Below, piece by piece: positions 33,964-49,690 of a stretch of DNA of 64,000 nt (within the stretch, counting starts at the first letter, position 1; every line of letters starts with the position of its first letter). The stretch lies in the NCBI RefSeq assembly GCF_009914755.1, contig NC_060928.1; one strand, written 5' to 3'. Position numbers and translations under genes: made by a program. This stretch comes from the human T2T-CHM13v2.0 reference genome, Homo sapiens. A model generated the notes under the pieces. It saw nothing but the letters and a program-made list of their open reading frames with translations, searched no databases and had not been told where the DNA came from.

Positions 33964-35479
33964 CTGCAGAAAATAGAATTTATTTGTTTCTTAATATACA
34001 TTAATGCTACAAATTGTATTAACTATACAACATAACACTTTCCAGAATATTTTTCCTTTCTGTGCAAATGTTCTTATAAAAAGGCATCTCTCCCTATCCC
34101 CCAACTCTTGCAATAACAAGTTATGACTGGGGTGACAATAAACCCAAACCACCTGACAGTGCCTCAGAGGTGAAGTAGTAATTACCAGCCACCTTTCCCT
34201 CTGGGCATTCTTTCACAAGTGAAAGGCTCCCGCTTCTATGATAAGTGTCAGTAATTTTCCACGTCCTCTGGCAGTCTTGATAGTCACATAAAAGCCTTCT
34301 TCTACAACAGGTATTTTACTTCAGAGAAAATAATGGGTTCTAAAAGATTTCTTGAAAAGACCCTTGAGTAACACATATTTGCATCCAAAGTAAATATATA
34401 ATCTTCATATGAGACTAAAATTTTTTAAACAGTCCAACAAAGCAAATTATTGTCTAACAGTAGGAAAAAGGTATAAATACCTAAGAAACTAAAAAATGTG
34501 TAAGTCGGGCAGTTAGAAAATTAAAAATTTTAACTTCTAAATTTTTATCTATTTTTGAAGTTTCTATTCCTCACTAGATCAGTGTTTTTATTAGCTTCAA
34601 AAAGATTTCATTTTCAAAATAGAAGGATTAACTTTAAAAGTGCAGGATAGTTGAATGCATTCTTTCAAACAAGAATTAAGGATATCTGAACTAAAGGGCC
34701 TAAGAGGTACGTGACTGATAAATACGGTACTCCTCAAATTTCTTTCTCTGGCAGACCAAACAGATGATATGTAATGAATCATTGATTCACAAACCCAAGG
34801 CTGCTTCTCAGCTGTTTGTATCAGATACTTAAAAAGCTGTAATAGCATCACTACATTTTCAAAAGGGCAATTTTCTTCTTAAAAAGAAATCCACTTATTT
34901 CTAAACATTGTCAAATGTCAAACCTGCTAAAATCCTTTTACATGTATTTTAAGAGACAACCAAACACTGCATTTCTGTCTTTGTTCTGAAAGTGCTCCCC
35001 CATGTAAAAGTATTGAGAAAACAAGCTCTGGGTCTCCACAAATAGCTCTTGTCAAACAGGTCTGTGCAGGATGACACAAGAGACATTCTTTGTCGTGCCC
35101 TTGCAATTTGCAGACAGCACAACCAGAAGTTAACAGATTAACATTGACATCGGCACAGTTATGCATCCTTGTAGCCAGATGTGTATCTAGTATATCTGAC
35201 ACCAGATAGGATCACTTTTTAAGACCTCCTCTTCCATATGACAAAGTTATTTTCAATAGAAGTAATGAAATGAAATGAATAATGATAATGTCCAGAAAAG
35301 AATGTAGACATTAAAAATTTTCTTTCCCTGAACTTTGTATAATCACGCCAGTTTTTTAAAAAAGTAAAACAAATATTAGCGTACAAAAAAGGAAAAGTTA
35401 ATAGATTCAAGTTTTGATTATATTAATATATTTAATAAAATTATAAACAAAGGGAATAACATATATAATGGTATGCTAT

Positions 35480-36927
35480 AGTAAGAAATAATAATATTTG
35501 CTATTTTCAGCCTTACCTTCTAAAAATCTGTCAACAACTTTCTCAAAATTGATCTTCTTTGGACATACATGTTCAACAAAGGGTATAGCCAGCTCTTTTG
35601 ATTTATTTGTCATAGCTGATGGAAAAACACCTTTTATTAATTTTAACTCAGAAATGTTCTTCCAGATGAGGCCAGAGATATGCAAATATTTTAGAAAAGT
35701 ATTAAACATAATAAGTTTGGTAGAGATTCATAATAATCCCACATCACATTAAACTCCAAAAAAATGCAGTCATATCCATGCCTTTGTTCTTTTGACTTTC
35801 ATTCAAACAATTTACAAATGCCTCTGAGGTATAAAAAAAAAAAAAATCCCACTTCTCAAGTATTTCTTCTGTAAAATCAGAGAAAATGGCTAAATGATTG
35901 TGAACACAGATACTATTTGATTAATTGCTGTAGAACAAGTGTCCAGTTCTCAGGGACAACAATTGGGGCGTTTGGCATTGCTATGTGGATTTCTCTGAGC
36001 AATGGAAAACCAGCAACTCTTTGTTGTTTCTCCTGGCACTCTCCTTCAAAATTTGATTCTTTTTTCTATGTAAATGTTGATTTCCTTATATTTTGTTGTT
36101 GCACAGTAAATAGGCTTCACCAAAATTTCTGTGCACTTATCTTCAAAGAAGAATTTTAAAGTTTGGTATTTCACTGTACATTGTTCAAGATGGAGTCTAT
36201 TTGCAAATATTTTTGTATCTGATTAATGTCATCTAAAACTATACCAGAAAAAAGATAATTCCAGAGAGAAAACCGCACACAGCAGAGAGAAATGTCTGAG
36301 CTGATTCACGTGTCCACATTTTCTTTGGATTACATGGTACTTCAGAGTTGAGATTAACTTTTCAAAATTTTTCTACTGTGGCCCAGCTTCATAATGAACC
36401 TTCCATCTTGTCTAGGAAAGCTTTTCTGCAGCTTTTCCCATCAATGAGGTGAGATGAGAAAGAATGAATACAATTTGTCCAAAGTTCTAAAAAAAAAAAA
36501 TCACACAGGAAAAAAAAAGTTTCCAAAAAAGCAAATTCCACAAGGCTCAGAGAATAATTTCCAAGAGGCTGAAATAAAATTTTGGATTAATTTCTTTGAT
36601 TTTTGCATGAACTCCACAGTGAATACTGGCCACATATGCAGCATCTTTTATCCTGGCCCATAGCAGAGGTTTATGAAATAATAATCCCATTCCTTGAAGC
36701 TATTTTCTGTGCATTCTGCAGCAGTTGTTCTGGAAATATGAGAATGACTCCTTTATCTCCATTCTACTACCTTCCCTATGACCAGTTCACACATTTGATC
36801 TCTGTTTCCAGAAAGGTAAGAATGACTTCTTTATTTCCACTCTGCCACCTTCAATATAGGCCTATCTGACCAATTCACACATTTGATCTCTGTTTAAAGT
36901 ATCCAGAGTGCTGTCAAAAAGAATTCC
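35480..36927 (-). mobile_element. hAT-Tip100 (Zaphod-like) transposase fossil
   Basis: Minus-strand relics [61 protein letters not shown], and C-terminal dimerisation-like SELKLIK...LAI..VEH...KINFEKVVDRF. Confidence 0.8.
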
Positions 36928-37260
36928 AGCCAGGCAGTGGCTCATGCCTATAACCTCAACACTTTGGGAGGCTGAAGCGGGAGGGTTGCTTGAGGACAGG
37001 GGTGTGAGACCAGCCTGGGCAACATGGCAGGCTGTGTTGCAACACCCACTTACTGTCTGCACCTAAGGCTAACTACTCCCCATCTCTAGAAAAATAAAAT
37101 AGGCAAGGCATGGTAGCATGTGCCTGTAGTAGTCCTAGCTACTCAGGAGGATAAGGTAGGAGGATCACTGGGGCCCAGGAGTTCAAAGCTGCAGTGAGCT
37201 ATGAGCAGCCTGGGTGACAGAGTGAGCCCCTGTCTCTAAAAAGAACAAAATAATAATAAT
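36928..37260 (+). mobile_element. AluJ carrying a ~50-bp non-Alu insert (~37030-37080)
   Basis: J diagnostics; (AAT)n tail. Confidence 0.88.
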
Positions 37261-37769
37261 AATTCTAAAGCATTTTTTTCAGTATCTGCCACCCCCTACT
37301 AAAGCATACCACTGATGTCATGTTTTACTTTGACTCTTTCTTTAGTTTCAAAACAACAAATTTAAAAAAATAAATTTCAATTCTAAAGACACTATTAAAA
37401 TTAGTAGAATATACTTCATACATGAACTAAAATATGCACTTACCAAGCAAAATATTACACATTACACCTCAGAGTCCATAGCTTTCTCAACTGTAAATTT
37501 AAAGCATAAAAATAACTCCAAGAGATCACATCGAATTGAAGTAACTTATGTTGAGTTTCTCCTTTTTTATAATCACTGTGCTATTGTTGTTTATTTCTAA
37601 TCTGCAATGCTTTTAAATGCAGGCATGTATAGGGCAGGGAATGGAAGCACAAACTGTGTTCAAAACAAGCTCATACAATTCCAAACTGTTATAAATTTGC
37701 TTTCAAAATGACTGTATGAAGCTGAATCTTCATGTATCCGGGAATGACTGTATAACTAAGAGTACTCCA

Positions 37770-38081
<312 letters not shown>

Positions 38082-38448
38082 TTAACTTTCATGTAGAATA
38101 TAATGTCTATTACAGGACTGGTAATAAAAATGTGCCAAATCTAAGCATACATGTATATTATTAACATTCAAGAGTAACCAAACACATAGTTAAAACTTAG
38201 ACCAACATATGATTGGTGGAGGGGGAGGGTAGGAGAAGTATTCTATCACTGGCATTATTTATTAATAGGATTGCCAGTATATAGTAATAATGAAAAACAG
38301 GCCAATCTATAGTCTACACACAATTCACCCACTTACTGTCTGCACCTAGGGCTAACTGCTCCCAAGGCCCACCTGGAGAAGTCACTGCCTATAGCCATCT
38401 TGGAAATATTTAATAAAACTTCTGACAAGAATAAGGCCAAAAGGACAG

Positions 38449-38860
38449 TGTACTGGGTTGAACAGTGTCCCCCCAAAATTCATGTCCACCCAAAAATACA
38501 ACCTTATTTGGAAATAAAGTCTTCGCAAATATATTTAGTTTAGTTAAAATGAGGTCATACTGGGCCCTAACCCAATGGCTGCTGTAGTTATAAGAAAAGG
38601 AAACAAGAGACACACACAAGGAGAAAGCTATATGATGGTGGAGACAGAGATCAGAGTGATGCATCTACAAGCCAAGGATTGCCAGCAATGATGAGAAGCT
38701 GGAAGGGGCAAGGAAGAATTCTTTCCCAGAGCCTTCGGAAGGAACACAGCTCTGCCGACACCTTGATTTTGGACTCCAGCCTCCAAGACTGTGAGAAAAT
38801 AAATTTTAAGATACTCAGTTTATAGTAATTTGTAATAATAGACCTAGAAACCTAATACAG
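38449..38860 (+). mobile_element. MLT1 (MaLR) solo LTR
   Basis: tgtactgggttgaacagtgtccccccaaaattcatg ... ccttgattttggact..cagcctcc..ctaatacag. Confidence 0.8.
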
Positions 38861-40536
38861 AAGGAGACACACTTCATAATCTCTGTGCCCTCTCAATACA
38901 AAAATACACCTTGATTATTCCTAATTCCATATCTTTGGCTATGTACTTTTAAGGTCTTTAGAGAGCCAAGAGTAGCACTTAGAAAAAATTCCACTAGTAT
39001 TATGTTGGTTTTTTGCCCTGTGCAATTTGCAAAGATGAAGACAGGAATTTAAGAAACAAAGAACAAAGTGACATTAAAAAAGAAAAAAAAAAACTGAAAA
39101 AGAAAAAAAAATCCCAATTGTTTTTCTAATTGTAGTAGCCATGGACAATCATTCACCTCCTCTGGCTTGGGAACTATGAAACACAAGTTTTAATTGATTG
39201 TAGAGTACTTATTATTACATCTATTTTCCTACAATAATTTAATTGGAGAATCTTGATCCCAGGAGCAAACGTACACAGCAACAGCCTTCTGCTGCTTTTA
39301 GCAAAACGATACCTTATACATAGAATACTTGAGAAATTCTTATAAAATAAATTAGGTGTAAGAGAAATATCAACTAATTGGTTTCCTGTTTTTCCATAAA
39401 GGCAAGCCATAATAAGCATTCAAAAATATGTATTAGTTCATTAAAACACGTTACCTAGTCAATTCAGTACAATCAATTAGTAGGATAAAAACACTCAGTT
39501 AACCTGGGCAGAAAATGGCAAAAACTGATTGGTCAGATTTTTTATTCCATTTACCCAGAGTATCCTCTACCATTCCCACTTATACACAAAACTTTTTCTT
39601 TTGTTAAAAAATCAATTTGGTTTCCCAAACTGATAAAGCTAACTCTCCCAGACTCACATTCTAAGGTCCCTCAGGCAATGATTTATTTGGCAGAATTTAT
39701 GATATCCCAACATTTATTTTTTATTTTGTTATTTATTAATGTTTAAATTGCCTGTTGATATTTTCCCTATATTACCTCCCTTCTTGCTTAAACCATTTGC
39801 CCCAATGTCACTCAACATAAGAAAATTCTCAGTCATCAAGATATTCTGCCATGTTCACAAAGAAATGTAGTCGGCCCTTTCCTCTCTCTCAAGTGTCTGC
39901 ATTCTTTTCATGATTCCATACATTTCTGCTGTATGGGCTGCATTCAAAATCTGTAACTTCCCCAGGACCTTTTGTCTGAGTCAGATATGCTGCTGTCTCC
40001 TGATATACTCAGTTAAAAAAAAAAAAAATCCTAAACACGTTTCTAAGCTCAGTGGAAGAGGAGAGGCATGAAACAAAGATATAAAACTGAAGCAAGATGG
40101 ATTTCAATGAGGTATATTTAAAACAGAATTATTTTTGCATAAAGCAAGCCCAGGGTAACAATAAACAAGAGCAATAGAGGTGAAATAAGGAGGGGCTGGT
40201 GATGAGAAAACAGTGTTCAATGTCCTGTCTGACACAGTACCAAGTGCTGGCGAGCATGAGGAGCCTAGGCAAGTCTCATATAACCACTTTGGATGGCAGT
40301 TTAGCATAATCTACAAAGCTGAACTCATGCATCCTCCATAATCATGCCATTCCACTCCCAGCAGACATGCCGTTGGGGGCATATGTGCTCCGAGTGTTAT
40401 ATCAGTAATGTTCACAGCAGCATTACTTGGAATAGCCAAAACTGGCAACTACTCAAATTGCAACAGCAAAATGTGTAGTATAATAAAATTTAATACAACT
40501 TAAATAGACAAACTTACAGTTACACAGAACAATAAA

Positions 40537-40886
40537 CAGCAGTCCCCCCTTATCTGCAGGGGATACGCTCCAAGACCCCCAGTAGGTGCCTGAAACTGCA
40601 GATAGTACCGAACCCCATATATACTATGACTTTTTCTGTCTGATAAAGGAGAAGGCTGCTGAGTAACTAACAGGTGGATAATGTATACAGCAAGGATATG
40701 CTCAACAAAGCGATGATTCATGTCCTGGACAAGACAGGGCAGGACAGCACGAGATGCCATCATGCTACACAGAACAGTGAGCAATTTAAAACTCATGAAT
40801 TGCTTATTTCTGGAGTTTTCCATTTACTATTTTCAGACCACAGTTGACCATGGGTAACTGAAACCACAGATAAGGAGGCACTACTG
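40537..40886 (-). mobile_element. MER44A-like (TcMar-Tigger MITE) inside an L1ME 3' end (~40240-41225, +)
   Basis: TIRs cagcagtccccccttatc / gataaggaggcactactg. Confidence 0.8.
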
Positions 40887-42088
40887 TACCTAAATGTCAA
40901 AAACATAATGCTGAGCCAAATTAGCCACACACTAAAAAATACATGCTATATGGTTCCATGTACATAAAATTCAAAAAGAGACAAAAGTAACCTAGTGATG
41001 GATGTCAGGATAGTGGATCTTCGGGAAGGAAACAGGGGTCATTACTGGGGAGGCTCGCAGAAGGGAGGGGAGAGTTTGAGGTGTGAAGTGCTAGTAATTA
41101 ATGTTCTGTTTCTTGAACATGTTGACAGTTACCTGAGTGTTCATTTTCTCATAATTCATTAAGCTTTTCACTTATGGCTTGTGTATTTTTCTGTATGTGT
41201 CATATTTCACAATAAATAAAAAATAAAATGTTGTTTGACCAAAACTCCCTAGCTTTCTTTCTCAGGCTTACTTTTTCACCCTAAAACTCCACTGACAAAA
41301 GTGTTTGCCAGTCTTATAGAAAGAAAATATACTTTAAATGGTCCTAGAGACCTTCAAAATTACCTCCATCCTCAAGCTGCATCCTTTCCTCCCATGTGTT
41401 ATCTTTCACCACTATTACAATGAAAACAGAGCCCCCCATCCCAAAGTGAATCCATCCTCTTCTTATCTCCTACCTCCCAGAGACCTTGCCCTCTCAACTA
41501 CCTCCCTGCTTTCTAACTCTTTTTAGTCTTTCCCTCGCTACTGGCCCCTTTCCATCAGGATTTTGCTGTTGCTTTCCATTCTCTTAATGGTATCCTTTTC
41601 TATGTTGAAATCATTGCAAATTTGTAATAAAGTTACAACAATAATACAAAGAACTCCTATATATAATACAAAGAATCCAGAGACCCCCCCATTCAAGTTT
41701 TCATCAGTTGCCCCAATAACATTATGACAAAAAAGATCACTGCACTGCACCCAGTTCGTACATAGTCTCTTCCACTGTAGGACAGTTCCTCAATCTTTCC
41801 TTGACATTTTTGAAGATTATAGTAGATTGAAGACTGAAGACTGAAGGCCCTTGTGTCCTTTCAATGTGTCACATTATTATTGAGTACCTCCTTACTTCCT
41901 GGAACAGCAAGATATTTCAGGCTCCAGCTCGAGAATCAGTCATTTCTCCAAAGAGCCCTGATTGCTTTCAGCACAGAGTGGTATTCCAAATCAAGATATG
42001 GGTCCTAAATCTACTCACTGCTACTAGAGAGCCACTCTTCCCAGGCGCTCTGAGAAAGGATTAGGAAATGTGTGAAAAGAACTAGGAA

Positions 42089-42112
42089 ATGTGTGTGTGT
42101 GTGTGTGTGTGT
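42089..42112 (+). repeat. (TG)n microsatellite
   Basis: Direct reading. Confidence 0.9.
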
Positions 42113-42369
42113 CTACCCACACATACACATGCATTTACAAAGACATTTATTTCTCTGTCTACACATACTGAAAATCATAACTTCATACTATTAGCTCCAA
42201 TTTGAATCCACTGTAGCTTTCCCCCCTTCTATGTTGATACCACCTTTCTCCATTCATGAAAAGGCTGGCTTCCACCACTTCAATATATTTACTTATTTGT
42301 TCAGTTGCCTATGTGAAGCCAATCTGATCCCAACTGGCCACCATTACCACCTGGTCTAAGCATAGTTTC

Positions 42370-43777
42370 CAATCAGACACTTTCAGAAGAGTTGCCTATA
42401 TTCACCGTCTTTACTTCCATACCTTGAGTCATTCCTCAACCCACTACAATTTGATTTCCATGCTGATCAAGGTGACCAGTAATCTCCTTGCCACCAAATC
42501 TAAAGAATCTTTCTCAATTCTTTTCTAACTTGAACTCCCTTGCAGCATTTAACACTCTGAACATTCTTTGCTTCTTAAAACACTCTTTCCCTCTGGTTTC
42601 TGTGACTCCCCACTCAAATTGGTTTTCCCTCCACCTCGTCAACCATTCCTTCTTAGATTCTTCTACTGGCTTCTCCCCAAACCCCAACCTTACTAATTAT
42701 GACTGCCTGGGGTTCTGTCCTAGCTCTTTTCTCTGTGCCATCCCTGAGGTATTTCATCCGCTACCATGGCTACAATTATCTACATTCTGCTAACTTACAC
42801 ATCTATATCCTTAACCCACATGCAATCCCTAAGCTTAAGATCTATCTAATGAAACACCTATCAAATATTATTCCTTGGGTGTCTCTCAATCACCCCACAC
42901 AAAACACATCTAACACTGAAATAATTTCCACCCAACCCCTTCCCCCAAACCTTCTCTTCTTTCTGAGTAATGTAACTCAATGAACAGAGTTGCCCTGCCT
43001 GTTCAGAGGCTGCCTGTTCAGCAGCCCAAACCAGCAGCTGAGGAACCATTCTTAACTCCTTCTTTTTTCCCACCCCCACATCATCAAGCCTGCTGAGGTT
43101 ATATCCTAAATCTCTTTCAGATTTATTTCCTCAGCAGTTCTGTAGACCAACCAATCCTCATTTTTTGTCTGAATCACCACCACAGTCTTCTAACTGGTCC
43201 CCTACTCTTGCCATCCTTCCAATCTGATCTACACAATCTTTGTAAAATATGCATATAATCCTTACCCCCTCCTTAAAATCCTTCCAAGAATCCTGGCAGC
43301 ACTCAGGACAGTGCTTCTTCCTTCACGTGGCTCACTAGGCCCTGCAGGACTTTGTCCTAGCTACTTTTACAACACCATCTCTTGTTCTTCAACTTCAAAC
43401 TCAACCACAACTGCATTGAAATTTCTTTCACTTCTGCAAACACACAACATCCTTTCTAGTCCTTGGGCCTTCACGTTCTTTTCCCTCCGCCTCTTTGCTA
43501 CATTACTTGGCCAAATTCTACTTATCCCTCAGGACACAGGCTCTGGGAATCTTCCCAGAATGCCCCTGCTCTGCACTTCCATGGCACTCTCTACATCTCT
43601 AGAGTGCTAATATATTCCAATGGCTCATTTAATGATTGAACTTCCCAATCAGATCATTAGTTCTACTAAGGTCTCAGAGAGAAACAGAAACAGTGTCTTA
43701 GTCACAGCTCTATCACCAGCACCTAGCAAAATAGCCAAAACACAGTAGGTGTGCCCTAAGTATTTACTGAATGAATC
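42370..43777 (+). mobile_element. L2 LINE 3' portion
   Basis: L2 body motifs and 3' end cacagtaggtg..aagtatttactgaatgaat. Confidence 0.65.
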
Positions 43778-44174
43778 AGCCTCAAAAAATAGCAACTCTA
43801 CGGCAGCCACAGCCAAAGAGCACATTTCACACACATGCATTAACTCAAGGTGTGGGGCAGTTAAACATCCTCCTTAAAGCAAACTCCTGTTGCTGCTCGA
43901 TTCAAAGGCTGGCATCTTTATGTGTAATGAACAATAATACAGTCATATTAGCCTGAATGTAAAAGAATTATTTCCCTTAGAAAAAGACAGAAGTTCCTCT
44001 TCTTTCTCTGTAGTAAGTTGGAATGACTCATTATTTTTTACATTTTCATGAAAACAACACACAACAAACTCACTGTGTGAGACAGCACACATCCTCTCAG
44101 CCAAGAGGGGTACGACAAGAGTGAATGCTTTGGCCCTTAAGACGGGTCCAGGATGTTCTCCCTGTACATAACTC

Positions 44175-44285
44175 TGTGCATGTGTGCGTGCGCGCGCACA
44201 CACACACACACACACACAAACACACATACACTCTCTTCCCCTCTCACACACACATACACACTCTTTCTCTCTCTCCCCTCCCCCC

Positions 44286-44327
<42 letters not shown>

Positions 44328-44331
44328 TCAC
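44175..44331. repeat. Compound (TG/CG/CA/CT) microsatellite
   Basis: Direct reading. Confidence 0.92.
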
Positions 44332-44976
44332 AGTGTCTCAGAAAATACACAGCATGATTGAACAAAAGAAAAACAGAAAATGCACTCCTGAAGGACATAT
44401 CTCCATCCTTAGCATGTTGTCTGGCCCACAGGAGAGGAAATACCAAATGTAAGAGGTGACACCAGCCAACTGTAAACACCGAAGCTGGTGTCTGGGAGAG
44501 GAGGAGATCTTTGAAGAGGGTTAATACCATTTCTACTAACTATAAGCCATGACTCTTATAAGCCAGATCCAAGCCATCTCGTTCTTATTGTCCCTATTTT
44601 ACATATTTTGAGATTAAGTAAGTAGCCTATAGCTAATAAATAACAAAGTGCAGTTCTTTCCAATTCCTAGTGCTATATCCTAAAATGGGTAAAACTGAAA
44701 AATCAGAAAACACCAGTAGAAGCACCTTATTCAGAAAAATGAAGAAGAATGTCAGAGGAAATAAATAAAAGTTAAAAATGGTTGGTTCTGGGGAGTAGGA
44801 AGTAAGAATAGGAAGTGATGGGCAAGAGGTCTTATTTTTCATATAAACTTACTAGTAATATTTGAGTTTTAAAATTACACATGTATTATTTTGATATAAG
44901 GTACAATTTTAAATCATAGCAGGAGACTACTTATTGACAAAATAATATCTAAAGTATGATCCATTTAAAAATATAA

Positions 44977-45448
<472 letters not shown>

Positions 45449-45468
45449 TCACAAAATATTTTAAATTA

Positions 45469-45591
<123 letters not shown>

Positions 45592-46481
45592 TTAAGAAAA
45601 TTTAAAAGTCACTCTAATGTGTCATATTTTCAGCAAAAAAGGCTCAAAGCATTACATCAATTTCTCAAATAGTCAAGTACAAAACTCTAGGTTCTAAAAC
45701 AATGTAAGTCTCCCCACCTATATTATGCCCAATCAGACCAATTCATTGATAATATTTAAAAATCAGCATGCTGGGAATCTAGCATGGATCAATACATCAA
45801 AAGCAAAAGGAAAGAACAGAATAACATGAGTGTTCAGAAAAACAACTCTCCCTATCCCTAACACCGAGCTTACATTTATTCCACATTCTTAACACTTAAA
45901 ATGGGACTCTGAAGTTGACTCTTCTTTCAAGCCAAAAACTAAAAATCATTTTGAGTTCTTACTTTATCTCAACAGCTACTGAATGTTATTTTGCTCCACC
46001 TTTTTCAGTACACAATTATCAATTAGAGGAATAGAAAAAAGAAAAAGAAAAGATAAAAATAATCCGTTCTACCTTGATATATGAAAGATCATGAGTTTAG
46101 AATTAAAATTATGCATGTAGAATAAGTATCAATAATCAAAATAATTGACAAGTATCAAAAATAACCACTGCTATTTAAATATAATCCATAGAATGTATTT
46201 TGGCTTTAGGATACTACAAATACTACAGAAAATTAAAATACAATGATAAAAATAAAATGAGAGAAAGAATTGCCAAATTTATAATATATTCTCTATTTTC
46301 TTAATCTTAAAGTTTGGGAAAATCATTCTTTAGCTCATACTCACAGAAAATATATGAGAGACTAAAATAGAGAAGAAAATGACAAATATAAGCAGAGAAA
46401 GTAGAATTTTCTTTCATACTTAGTCCCTCCTTTCTAATCATTTCTTTAGCACAGGTATTGCTTTTCATCCAGTGCTTCTCA

Positions 46482-46751
<270 letters not shown>

Positions 46752-47399
46752 TCATTGAAGGTAATACTAAAGCAGCTTCAAACCCAGTACGTGCTCCACA
46801 ATGCTGTCATAATCAAAACTTCGTGGAAATTTTCTTTTAATCTTCAGTTTAATCCTTCATTCTGAAGAAGAATAACAAAAATGATATATTTTACATAGAC
46901 TTCCACTCTAAAAATGTTATGATTGTAAGTCATAAAAACTTTATGGAGCATAAACAGAAAATGACAAATGGAAAGATAAAATAAATTTTCCAAGAATAAT
47001 ACACATTTGTTCCTTTTTAATTAAGTAAAAATACTTTATAAAGTAAAAAGTAATAGTATTTTACTTTATAATGTAAATGGGTTTTAAAGTTATGTAATAA
47101 GGTATAAATTTATATGTATTAAAATTAATCAAATGTGAAAAAATAAAGTTATACTTTAAATGTAGATAATTTATCCAATAAATATTTCCTGAGGACTTTC
47201 TATGTGCCATATACTCTGCTAAGTGATGGGAATTAAATGGTGACCAGGATAAACATGGCCCCTACTCTCATGAACTAAAAGTCTATAGACAAATTCAAAA
47301 GCATAATAATATCAGGACAGGAGAAATAAAAGGTTGTCCTGAGAAATAAAAACAGGACATCAGAAAGCACAGCTAATACAGAGAGGGTGAAGGAAGGCT

Positions 47400-47823
<424 letters not shown>

Positions 47824-49138
47824 TGAGTGAGACAGCAATGCCATAACAAGGAAAACAAGGAACTTGGGCAATAACAAAATTGATGAGGGGGTCAGCATAA
47901 TTGAAAAGTTGAGCACGGTCCAAATGACACTGGGTCTTTTCGAACAGGTAAGGAGTCTGGCAATTTCACCCCAGATCAATGCGGAGTCATTGAAGATTTT
48001 TCATCAAAGAGCGTGACCAGATCTGCATTTTATAAGAATTGCTAAGGGTCCCAGCACAGTGATATACAAGGATGAATATGAAAGAAGCAGAAAGATATAA
48101 AATCTCTCTGTGTACAAAAAGCCCCAGAAAATGCCACTTGGAAAAGCCAGGAACAGAGAGGAGGCAAAGAAGAGTGTTGATCAGAAAGAAGAGAAAACAA
48201 GACCGAAGAGGAGAATTATAGGGAAAGAAGAAAGATGAGGGATGAACTTTGGGTGCAGAGTTTGGGGTTGTCAGAATGTTTCGAAGAGGTTTTGAAGTAG
48301 AGTTTTATATACGCGCAGTATGACTCTGTCCTCCATTTCCTGTCAAATTTATATTGTTTGTATAATGTCTCCGGGTTTGGTTTTGTGTTTAGTTTTTATT
48401 TTTAAACAAGATAGAGCACTGGGACAGACTTGGGACAAGAGCTGGGTGGAAAAACAGACCGTTTTTTAAAGTTACGCAGAAGAAACTGGTCATGAGATCT
48501 CAAAAAAGCTTGGAGGTACAGGGGGTTAGAGTCAGCAAAAAAAGTTCTCATTCTTTGCTGCCACAGAAAGAAAGGAGAAGAGCAGTGACTGTGCAGAGGC
48601 ATTTAAGTTTCTATGATTCGTGGCAAAGTATGGAGGGAGTTCCTATTTAGTGGCTTCTATTTTTCTCCAAAGGAAGGGGAGGGGGAAGGCTACTAGCTGA
48701 GAAGTATCTTAGAGACCTTTCTCCTACAAATAAAGAAGAGATTAATAATCATGGCTTTGCTGCAAAAGAAAAAAAAAAAAGCTAGGTTTCTATGCTGATC
48801 AATGACAAAAGACGTTATAACCGGCACTGTTTACAACTGTAGGAGCACACCAGGCCTGTTCTAAAGATGACCCCAGCACAGTTTATCATTCGCATCTCCC
48901 ATCAGCCAAAAGCATAGATTTGATGCACATTGAAGTAAAATTAATCCTGGACTTAAGAACTATTTTTGTTTATTAAGTGATTTATTCTGAGAAATACTAG
49001 TCGATGAGCTCTGAGTTAGGTTTGTTCTGATCCAGTTAATTTTGCAGGTTACTTACCGATAGCCTCCAGGTTTTGAATCTATCAGCTGGTAGATCACCTA
49101 GTCTGCTCGCTCACCAGTGTTTAATTTCCTCTATTCAA

Positions 49139-49690
49139 TAGGTTGTCAAACTATGGTCTTTGGGACAAATCTAGCCCACCTCTTGTTTTTATAAATAAAC
49201 TTTTATTGGAACACAGATGTTATGGACTAAATGGTGGACTCTTCCCCTAAAATTCTTATGTTGAAGCCCTAACCTCCAGCTTTTTATGAAGTAATAAGGG
49301 TGGGGCAGTAATCTGTTAGGATTGCAGCCTTATAAGAAGAGGAAGAAACAGATATCCGTCTCTCTCTCTACTATGTGAGGACATAGCAAGAAGGCATCTG
49401 TCTGCAAGCCAGGAAACGAGCCCTCACTGGAAACCAAATGGGCCAACACCTTTATCTCGGACTTCCCAGCTGCCAGAACTACGAGAAATAAACTTCTGTT
49501 ATTTAAGCCACTCTGCCTATGGTATTTTCTTAGGGCAGCCAGAGCAGACTAACTTAATAGTCATGCTCATTTGTTTACTTATTGTCTTTGGTTACCTTTG
49601 CAATACAACAGTAGAGTTGAGTAGTTGTGACAGATGCCTAAACTATTTTACTATGTGATCCTTAAGAGAAAAAGTTTGCTAATCCCTGCC
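49139..49690 (+). mobile_element. MER58A-like (hAT-Charlie) split by an MLT1A-type LTR (~49218-49555)
   Basis: ataaataaacttttattggaacacag | tgttatggactaaatg..ttgaagccctaacc | tcatgctcatttgtttac..aaagtttgctaatccctg. Confidence 0.75.

Noticed and set aside
34927-35202. Cys-rich 91-aa ORF
   Set aside because: No coherent zinc-finger spacing or splice support; likely chance
43943-44530. 195-aa ORF and overlapping ORFs with CV/HT repeats
   Set aside because: Translation of a dinucleotide microsatellite
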